The translations under genes and the position numbers were made by a program. A DNA stretch of 64,000 nucleotides from Tubulanus polymorphus (taxonomy: Eukaryota > Animalia > Nemertea): positions 124,001-188,000 of the forward strand of contig NC_134028.1 in the NCBI RefSeq assembly GCF_964204645.1, read 5' to 3'. This document shows, in pieces, positions 53,601-64,000 of this stretch. Every line of letters starts with the position of its first letter. The first letter of the stretch is position 1. The notes under the pieces are model-generated. The model made no database searches, had not been told where the DNA came from, and saw only the letters and a list, made by a program, of their open reading frames with translations.

Positions 53601-56600
53601 AGAAAATTCTTAATCTTTCAACCTATCTGTTTGAAATCAGTTCAGTACACCCTAACCCATCAATTAAGATAGAATTCATCATCTTTAGGACCCTATTTTG
53701 CAAGAAAAATCTGTATCTTTCAGTCCATCTACTCGAAATCAGTTCAGTTTACCTTAACCTATCATTTCAGATCGAGTCCATCATCTTCAGGAGCATAAAT
53801 AACCAGAAAATTCTTAATCTTTCCACCTATCTATTTGAAATCAGTTCAATACGCCTTAGCCCATCTTTTCAGATTCAGTCCATCATCTTCAGAACCAAAG
53901 GCAGCCAGAAAATTCTTAATCTTTCCACCTATCTGTTTGAAATCAGTTCAGTTCACCCTAACCCATCAATTTAGATAGAATTCATCATCTTTAGGACCCT
54001 ATTTTGCATGAAAAACCTGTATCTTTCAGTCCATCTGCTCGAAATCAGTTCAGTTTACCTTAACCTATCATTTCAGATCGAGTCCATCATCTTCAGGAGC
54101 ATAAATAGCCAGAAAATTCTTAATCTTTCCACCTATCTATTTGAAATCAGTTCAATACGCCTTAACACATCTTTTCAGATTGAATCCATCATCTTCAGAA
54201 CCAAAAGCAGCCAGAAAATTCTGATTCTTTCAACCTGTCTATTTGAAATCAGTTCAGTACACCCTAACCCATCATTTAAGATAGAACTCATCATCTTTAG
54301 GACCCTATTTTGCAATAAAAATCTGTGTCTTTCAGTCCATCTGCTCGAAATCAGTTCAGTTTACCTTAACCTATCATTTCAGATCGAGTCCATCATCTTC
54401 AGGAGCATAAATAGCCAGAAAATTCTTAATCTTTCCACCTATCTATTTGAAATCAGTTCAATACGCCTTAACACATCTTTTCAGATTGAATCCATCATCT
54501 TCAGAACCAAAAGCAGCCAGAAAATTCTTAATCTTTCAACCTATCTATTTGAAATCAGTTCAGTACACCCTAACCCATAAATTAAGATAGAATTCATCAT
54601 CTTTAGGACCCTATTTTGCAAGAAAAATCTGTATCTTTCAGTCCATCTACTCGAAATCAGTTCAGTTTACCTTAACCTATCATTTCAGATCGAGTCCATC
54701 ATCTTCAGGAGCATAAATAGCCAGAAAATTCTTAATCTTTCCACCTATCTATTTGAAATCAGTTCAATACGCCTTAGCCCATCTTTTCAGATTGAGTCCA
54801 TCATCTTCAGAACCAATGGCAGCCAGAAAATTCTGATTCTTTCCACCTATCTATTTGAAATCAGTTCAGTTCACCCTAACTCATCAATTAAGATAGAATT
54901 CATCATCTTTAGGACCCTATTTTGCAAGAAAAATCTGTATCTTTCAGTCCATCTACTCGAAATCAGTTCAGTTTACCTTAACCTATCATTTCAGATCGAG
55001 TCCATCATCTTCAGGAGCATAAATAACCAGAAAATTCTTAATCTTTCAACCTATCTGTTTGAAATCAGTTCAGTACACCCTAACCCATCAATTAAGATAG
55101 AATTCATCATCTTTAGGACCCTATTTTGCAAGAAAAATCTGTATCTTTCAGTCCATCTACTCGAAATCAGTTCAGTTTACCTTAACCTATCATTTCAGAT
55201 CGAGTCCATCATCTTCAGGAGCATAAATAACCAGAAAATTCTTAATCTTTCCACCTATCTATTTGAAATCAGTTCAATACGCCTTAGCCCATCTTTTCAG
55301 ATTCAGTCCATCATCTTCAGAACCAAAGGCAGCCAGAAAATTCTTAATCTTTCCACCTATCTGTTTGAAATCAGTTCAGTTCACCCTAACCCATCAATTT
55401 AGATAGAATTCATCATCTTTAGGACCCTATTTTGCAAGAAAAACCTGTATCTTTCAGTCCATCTGCTCGAAATCAGTTCAGTTTACCTTAACCTATCATT
55501 TCAGATCGAGTCCATCATCTTCAGGAGCATAAATAGCCAGAAAATTCTTAATCTTTCCACCTATCTATTTGAAATCAGTTCAATACGCCTTAACACATCT
55601 TTTCAGATTGAATCCATCATCTTCAGAACCAAAAGCAGCCAGAAAATTCTGATTCTTTCAACCTATCTATTTGAAATCAGTTCAGTACACCCTAACCCAT
55701 CAATTAAGATAGAACTCATCATCTTTAGGACCCTATTTTGCAAGAAAAATCTGTATCTTTCAGTCCATCTACTCGAAATCAGTTCAGTTTACCTTAACCT
55801 ATCATTTCAGATCGAGTCCATCATCTTCAGGAGCATAAATAGCCATAAAATTCTTAATCTTTCCACCTATCTATTTGAAATCAGTTCAATACGCCTTAAC
55901 ACATCTTTTCAGATTGAATCCATCATCTTCAGAACCAAAAGCAGCCAGAAAATTCTTAATCTTTCCACCTATCTATTTGAAATCAGTTCAATACGCCTTA
56001 GCCCATCTTTTCAGATTGAGTCCATCATCTTCAGAACCAAAGGCAGCCAGAAAATTCTGATTCTTTCCACCCATCTATTTGAAATCAGTTCAGTTCACCC
56101 TAACCCATCAATTAAGGTAGAATTCATCATCTTTAGGACCCTATTTTGCAAGAAAAATCTGTATCTTTCAGTCCATCTACTCGAAATCAGATCAGTCTAC
56201 CTTAACCTATCATTTCAGATCGAGTCCATCATCTTCAGGAGCATAAATAGCCAGAAAATTCTTAATCTTTCCACCTATCTATTTGAAATCAGTTCAATAC
56301 GCCTTAGCCCATCTTTTCAGATTGAGTCCATCATCTTCAGAACCAAAGGCAGCCAGAAAATTCTGATTCTTTCAACCTATCTATTTGAAATCAGTTCAGT
56401 TCACCCTAACTCATCAATTAAGATAGAATTCATCATCTTTAGGACCCTATTTTGCAAGAAAAATCTGTATCTTTCAGTCCATCTACTCGAAATCAGTTCA
56501 GTTTACCTTAACCTATCATTTCAGATCGAGTCCATCATCTTCAGGAGCATAAATAACCAGAAAATTCTTAATCTTTCAACCTATCTGTTTGAAATCAGTT

Positions 56601-59600
56601 CAGTACACCCTAACCCATCAATTAAGATAGAATTCATCATCTTTAGGACCCTATTTTGCAAGAAAAATCTGTATCTTTCAGTCCATCTACTCGAAATCAG
56701 TTCAGTTTACCTTAACATTTCATTTCAGATCGAGTCCATCATCTTCAGGAGCATAAATAACCAGAAAATTCTTAATCTTTCCACCTATCTATTTGAAATC
56801 AGTTCAATACGCCTTAGCCCATCTTTTCAGATTCAGTCCATCATCTTCAGAACCAAAGGCAGCCAGAAAATTCTTAATCTTTCCACCTATCTGTTTGAAA
56901 TCAGTTCAGTTCACCCTAACCCATCAATTTAGATAGAATTCATCATCTTTAGGACCCTATTTTGCATGAAAAACCTGTATCTTTCAGTCCATCTGCTCGA
57001 AATCAGTTCAGTTTACCTTAACCTATCATTTCAGATCGAGTCCATCATCTTCAGGAGCATAAATAGCCAGAAAATTCTTAATCTTTCCACCTATCTATTT
57101 GAAATCAGTTCAATACGCCTTAACACATCTTTTCAGATTGAATCCATCATCTTCAGAACCAAAAGCAGCCAGAAAATTCTGATTCTTTCAACCTATCTAT
57201 TTGAAATCAGTTCAGTACACCCTAACCCATCAATTAAGATAGAACTCATCATCTTTAGGACCCTATTTTGCAAGAAAAATCTGTATCTTTCAGTCCATCT
57301 GCTCGAAATCAGTTCAGTTTACCTTAACCTATCATTTCAGATCGAGTCCATCATCTTCAGGAGCATAAATAGCCATAAAATTCTTAATCTTTCCACCTAT
57401 CTATTTGAAATCAGTTCAATACGCCTTTACACATCTTTTCAGATTGAATCCATCATCTTCAGAACCAAAAGCAGCCAGAAAATTCTTAATCTTTCCACCT
57501 ATCTATTTGAAATCAGTTCAATACGCCTTAGCCCATCTTTTCAGATTGAGTCCATCATCTTCAGAACCAAAGGCAGCCAGAAAATTCTGATTCTTTCCAC
57601 CCATCTATTTGAAATCAGTTCAGTTCACCCTAACCCATCAATTAAGGTAGAATTCATCATCTTTAGGACCCTATTTTGCAAGAAAAATCTGTATCTTTCA
57701 GTCCATCTACTCGAAATCAGTTCAGTCTACCTTAACCTATCATTTCAGATCGAGTCCATCATCTTCAGGAGCACAAATAGCCACGAAATTCTTAATCTTT
57801 CCACCTATCTATTTGAAATCAGTTCAATACGCCTTAACACATCTTTTCAGATTGAATCCATCATCTTCAGAACCAAAAGCAGCCAGAAAATTCTGATTCT
57901 TTCAACCTGTCTATTTGAAATCAGTTCAGTACACCCTAACCCATCATTTAAGATAGAACTCATCATCTTTAGGACCCTATTTTGCAATAAAAATCTGTGT
58001 CTTTCAGTCCATCTGCTCGAAATCAGTTCAGTTTACCTTAACCTATCATTTCAGATCGAGTCCATCATCTTCAGGAGCATAAATAGCCAGAAAATTCTTA
58101 ATCTTTCCACCTATCTATTTGAAATCAGTTCAATACGCCTTAACACATCTTTTCAGATTGAATCCATCATCTTCAGAACCAAAAGCAGCCAGAAAATTCT
58201 TAATCTTTCAACCTATCTATTTGAAATCAGTTCAGTACACCCTAACCCATAAATTAAGATAGAATTCATCATCTTTAGGACCCTATTTTGCAAGAAAAAT
58301 CTGTATCTTTCAGTCCATCTACTCGAAATCAGTTCAGTTTACCCTAACCCTATCATTTCAGATCGAGTCCATCATCTTCAGGAGCATAAATAGCCAGAAA
58401 ATTCTTAATCTTTCCACCTATCTATTTGAAATCAGTTCAATACGCCTTAACACATCTTTTCAGATTGAATCCATCATCTTCAGAACCAAAAGCAGCCAGA
58501 AAATTCTGATTCTTTCAACCTATCTATTTGAAATCAGTTCAGTACACCCTAACCCATCAATTAAGATAGAACTCATCATCTTTAGGACCCTATTTTGCAA
58601 GAAAAATCTGTATCTTTCAGTCCATCTGCTCGAAATCAGTTCAGTTTACCTTAACCTATCATTTCAGATCGAGTCCATCATCTTCAGGAGCATAAATAGC
58701 CATAAAATTCTTAATCTTTCCACCTATCTATTTGAAATCAGTTCAATACGCCTTAACACATCTTTTCAGATTGAATCCATCATCTTCAGAACCAAAAGCA
58801 GCCAGAAAATTCTTAATCTTTCCACCTATCTATTTGAAATCAGTTCAATACGCCTCAGCCCATCTTTTCAGATTGAGTCCATCATCTTCAGAACCAAAGG
58901 CAGCCAGAAAATTCTGATTCTTTCCACCCATCTATTTGAAATCAGTTCAGTTCACCCTAACCCATCAATTAAGGTAGAATTCATCATCTTTAGGACCCTA
59001 TTTTGCAAGAAAAATCTGTATCTTTCAGTCCATCTACTCGAAATCAGTTCAGTCTACCTTAACCTATCATTTCAGATCGAGTCCATCATCTTCAGGAGCA
59101 TAAATAGCCACGAAATTCTTAATCTTTCCACCTATCTATTTGAAATCAGTTCAATACGCCTTAACACATCTTTTCAGATTGAATCCATCATCTTCAGAAC
59201 CAAAAGCAGCCAGAAAATTCTGATTCTTTCAACCTGTCTATTTGAAATCAGTTCAGTACACCCTAACCCATCATTTAAGATAGAACTCATCATCTTTAGG
59301 ACCCTATTTTGCAATAAAAATCTGTGTCTTTCAGTCCATCTGCTCGAAATCAGTTCAGTTTACCTTAACCTATCATTTCAGATCGAGTCCATCATCTTCA
59401 GGAGCATAAATAGCCAGAAAATTCTTAATCTTTCCACCTATCTATTTGAAATCAGTTCAATACGCCTTAACACATCTTTTCAGATTGAATCCATCATCTT
59501 CAGAACCAAAAGCAGCCAGAAAATTCTTAATCTTTCAACCTATCTATTTGAAATCAGTTCAGTACACCCTAACCCATAAATTAAGATAGAATTCATCATC

Positions 59601-62600
59601 TTTAGGACCCTATTTTGCAAGAAAAATCTGTATCTTTCAGTCCATCTACTCGAAATCAGTTCAGTTTACCTTAACCTATCATTTCAGATCGAGTCCATCA
59701 TCTTCAGGAGCATAAATAGCCAGAAAATTCTTAATCTTTCCACCTATCTATTTGAAATCAGTTCAATACGCCTTAGCCCATCTTTTCAGATTGAGTCCAT
59801 CATCTTCAGAACCAAAGGCAGCCAGAAAATTCTGATTCTTTCCACCTATCTATTTGAAATCAGTTCAGTTCACCCTAACTCATCAATTAAGATAGAATTC
59901 ATCATCTTTAGGACCCTATTTTGCAAGAAAAATCTGTATCTTTCAGTCCATCTACTCGAAATCAGTTCAGTTTACCTTAACCTATCATTTCAGATCGAGT
60001 CCATCATCTTCAGGAGCATAAATAGCCAGAAAATTCTTAATCTTTCCACCTATCTATTTGAAATCAGTTCAATACGCCTTAGCCCATCTTTTCAGATTGA
60101 GTCCATCATCTTCAGAACCAATGGCAGCCAGAAAATTCTGATTCTTTCCACCTATCTATTTGAAATCAGTTCAGTTCACCCTAACTCATCAATTAAGATA
60201 GAATTCATCATCTTTAGGACCCTATTTTGCAAGAAAAATCTGTATCTTTCAGTCCATCTACTCGAAATCAGTTCAGTTTACCTTAACCTATCATTTCAGA
60301 TCGAGTCCATCATCTTCAGGAGCATAAATAACCAGAAAATTCTTAATCTTTCAACCTATCTGTTTGAAATCAGTTCAGTACACCCTAACCCATCAATTAA
60401 GATAGAATTCATCATCTTTAGGACCCTATTTTGCAAGAAAAATCTGTATCTTTCAGTCCATCTACTCGAAATCAGTTCAGTTTACCTTAACCTATCATTT
60501 CAGATCGAGTCCATCATCTTCAGGAGCATAAATAACCAGAAAATTCTTAATCTTTCCACCTATCTATTTGAAATCAGTTCAATACGCCTTAGCCCATCTT
60601 TTCAGATTCAGTCCATCATCTTCAGAACCAAAGGCAGCCAGAAAATTCTTAATCTTTCCACCTATCTGTTTGAAATCAGTTCAGTTCACCCTAACCCATC
60701 AATTTAGATAGAATTCATCATCTTTAGGACCCTATTTTGCAAGAAAAACCTGTATCTTTCAGTCCATCTGCTCGAAATCAGTTCAGTTTACCTTAACCTA
60801 TCATTTCAGATCGAGTCCATCATCTTCAGGAGCATAAATAGCCAGAAAATTCTTAATCTTTCCACCTATCTATTTGAAATCAGTTCAATACGCCTTAACA
60901 CATCTTTTCAGATTGAATCCATCATCTTCAGAACCAAAAGCAGCCAGAAAATTCTGATTCTTTCAACCTATCTATTTGAAATCAGTTCAGTACACCCTAA
61001 CCCATCAATTAAGATAGAACTCATCATCTTTAGGACCCTATTTTGCAAGAAAAATCTGTATCTTTCAGTCCATCTACTCGAAATCAGTTCAGTTTACCTT
61101 AACCTATCATTTCAGATCGAGTCCATCATCTTCAGGAGCATAAATAGCCATAAAATTCTTAATCTTTCCACCTATCTATTTGAAATCAGTTCAATACGCC
61201 TTAACACATCTTTTCAGATTGAATCCATCATCTTCAGAACCAAAAGCAGCCAGAAAATTCTTAATCTTTCCACCTATCTATTTGAAATCAGTTCAATACG
61301 CCTTAGCCCATCTTTTCAGATTGAGTCCATCATCTTCAGAACCAAAGGCAGCCAGAAAATTCTGATTCTTTCCACCCATCTATTTGAAATCAGTTCAGTT
61401 CACCCTAACCCATCAATTAAGGTAGAATTCATCATCTTTAGGACCCTATTTTGCAAGAAAAATCTGTATCTTTCAGTCCATCTACTCGAAATCAGATCAG
61501 TCTACCTTAACCTATCATTTCAGATCGAGTCCATCATCTTCAGGAGCATAAATATCCACGAAATTCTTAATCTTTCCACCTATCTATTTGAAATCAGTTC
61601 AATACGCCTTAACACATCTTTTCAGATTGAATCCATCATCTTCAGAACCAAAAGCAGCCAGAAAATTCTGATTCTTTCAACCTGTCTATTTGAAATCAGT
61701 TCAGTACACCCTAACCCATCATTTAAGATAGAACTCATCATCTTTAGGACCCTATTTTGCAAGAAAAATCTGTATCTTTCAGTCCATCTGCTCGAAATCA
61801 GTTCAGTTTACCTTAACCTATCATTTCAGATCGAGTCCATCATCTTCAGGAGCATAAATAGCCAGAAAATTCTTAATCTTTCCACCTATCTATTTGAAAT
61901 CAGTTCAATACGCCTTAACACATCTTTTCAGATTGAATCCATCATCTTCAGAACCAAAAGCAGCCAGAAAATTCTTAATCTTTCAACCTATCTATTTGAA
62001 ATCAGTTCAGTACACCCTAACCCATAAATTAAGATAGAATTCATCATCTTTAGGACCCTATTTTGCAAGAAAAATCTGTATCTTTCAGTCCATCTACTCG
62101 AAATCAGTTCAGTTTACCTTAACCTATCATTTCAGATCGAGTCCATCATCTTCAGGAGCATAAATAGCCAGAAAATTCTTAATCTTTCCACCTATCTATT
62201 TGAAATCAGTTCAATACGCCTTAGCCCATCTTTTCAGATTGAGTCCATCATCTTCAGAACCAAAGGCAGCCAGAAAATTCTGATTCTTTCCACCTATCTA
62301 TTTGAAATCAGTTCAGTTCACCCTAACTCATCAATTAAGATAGAATTCATCATCTTTAGGACCCTATTTTGAAAGAAAAATCTGTATCTTTCAGTCCATC
62401 TACTCGAAATCAGTTCAGTTTACCTTAACCTATCATTTCAGATCGAGTTCATCATCTTCAGGAGCATAAATAGCCAGAAAATTCTTAATCTTTCCACCTA
62501 TCTATTTGAAATCAGTTCAATACGCCTTAGCCCATCTTTTCAGATTGAGTCCATCATCTTCAGAACCAAAGGCAGCCAGAAAATTCTGATTCTTTCCACC

Positions 62601-63720
62601 TATCTATTTGAAATCAGTTCAGTTCACCCTAACTCATCAATTAAGATAGAATTCATCATCTTTAGGACCCTATTTTGCAAGAAAAACCTGTATCTTTCAG
62701 TCCATCTGCTCGAAATCAGTTCAGTTTACCTTAACCTATCATTTCAGATCGAGTCCATCATCTTCAGGAGCATAAATAGCCAGAAAATTCTTAATCTTTC
62801 CACCTATCTATTTGAAATCAGTTCAATACGCCTTAACACATCTTTTCAGATTGAATCCATCATCTTCAGAACCAAAAGCAGCCAGAAAATTCTGATTCTT
62901 TCAACCTATCTATTTGAAATCAGTTCAGTACACCCTAACCCATCAATTAAGATAGAACTCATCATCTTTAGGACCCTATTTTGCAAGAAAAATCTGTATC
63001 TTTCAGTCCATCTGCTCGAAATCAGTTCAGTTTACCTTAACCTATCATTTCAGATCGAGTCCATCATCTTCAGGAGCATAAATAGCCAGAAAATTCTTAA
63101 TCTTTCCACCTATCTATTTGAAATCAGTTCAATACGCCTTAACACATCTTTTCAGATTGAATCCATCATCTTCAGAACCAAAAGCAGCCAGAAAATTCTT
63201 AATCTTTCAACCTATCTATTTGAAATCAGTTCAGTACACCCTAACCCATCAATTAAGATAGAATTCATCATCTTTAGGACCCTATTTTGCAAGAAAAATC
63301 TGTATCTTTCAGTCCACCTACTCGAAATCAGTTCAGTTTACCTTAACCTATCATTTCAGATCGAGTCCATCATCTTCAGGAGCATAAATAGCCAGAAAAT
63401 TCTTAATCTTTCCACCTATCTATTTGAAATCAGTTCAATACGCCTTAGCCCATCTTTTCAGATTGAGTCCATCATCTTCAGAACCAAAGGCAGCCAGAAA
63501 ATTCTGATTCTTTCCACCTATCTATTTGAAATCAGTTCAGTTCACCCTAACCCATCAATTAAGATAGAATTCATCATCTTTAGGACCCTATTTTGCAAGA
63601 AAAATCTGTATCTTTCAGTCCATCTACTCGAAATCAGTTCAGTTTACCTTAACCTATCATTTCAGATCGAGTCCATAATCTTCAGGAGCATAAATAGACA
63701 GAAAATTCTTAATCTTTCCA
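43875..63720. repeat. Direct duplication of about 9.1 kb (about 43875-53010 and 54586-63720; offset 10711 = 105 monomers + 1 bp)
   Basis: ORF starts are 45164/55875, 46255/56966, 48021/58732 and 50469/61180. ACCAATGGC occurs at 44101/54812, the insertion allele at 47631/58342, and AATAGAC at 52982/63693. Confidence 0.9.
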
Positions 63721-64000
63721 CCTATCCATTTGAAATCAGTTCAGTACACCCTAACCCATCAATTAAGATAGAATTCATCATCTTTAGGACCCTATTTTGC
63801 AAGAAAAATCTGTATCTTTCAGTCCATCTACTCGAAATCAGTTCAGTTTATCTTAACCTATCATTTCAGATCGAGTCCATCATCTTCAGGAGCATAAATA
63901 GCCAGAAAATTCTTAATCTTTCCACCTATCTATTTGAAATCAGTTCAATACGCCTTAGCCCATCTTTTCAGATTGAGTCCATCATCTTCAGAACCAAAGG

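Larger units (their letters stand above)
1..64000. repeat. Satellite DNA array of 102-bp monomers (about 627 copies), single orientation, running off both window ends
   Basis: The anchor GAAATCAGTTCA recurs at 79, 181, 283, 385 and onward to 63936. The span 63936-79 = 63857 = 626x102 + 5, and the +5 is explained by five 1-bp insertions. I saw no non-repeat sequence or inverted segment. Confidence 0.99.

Noticed and set aside
79-63947. CRISPR array with GAAATCAGTTCA as the direct repeat
   Set aside because: The constant part is only 12 bp and non-palindromic. The 90-bp intervening sequences are homologous to each other rather than unique spacers, and there are no cas genes or leader.
1-64000. 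Giant minus-strand repeat protein under a stop-reassigned genetic code (reads K*IGGKIKNFLAIYAPEDDGLDLK**VKVN*TDF)
   Set aside because: It needs both TAG and TGA reassigned, with up to 4-5 stops per 34 codons in A and C. These align with unrelated residues in other monomers, synonymous bias is weak or absent, and five frameshifts interrupt the frame.
1-64000. Assignment to a known satellite family, a CENP-B box, or a tRNA/5S-derived repeat
   Set aside because: I see no recognisable similarity to alpha-satellite, CEN180, CentO or CentC, no TTCG....A..CGGG CENP-B box core, and no convincing Pol III A/B boxes or cloverleaf. A database search is required.

Overview
The whole 64-kb window is one uninterrupted, head-to-tail satellite DNA array of about 627 monomers of 102 bp (about 36% GC, C-rich and G-poor on the + strand). 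It has three monomer types (A, B, C; about 73-84% identical to each other by hand count) organised mainly as a 306-bp A-B-C higher-order repeat (HOR), with A-C (204 bp) and A-B-B-C (408 bp) variants. These are nested into kilobase-scale near-identical duplications with offsets of 2142, 2346, 3061, 3978, 5814, 10610, 10711 and 12752 bp. All offsets are multiples of 102 plus the number of copies crossed of one recurrent +1 insertion allele, which also creates a 12-bp (CCCTAA)2-like telomeric motif. The architecture resembles a eukaryotic centromeric or heterochromatic HOR satellite, but I cannot identify the organism or satellite family. I found no genes, RNA genes, transposons or CRISPR arrays. 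The supplied ORFs are by-products of a 34-codon monomer with one stop-free frame. All counts were made by eye and block boundaries are approximate.
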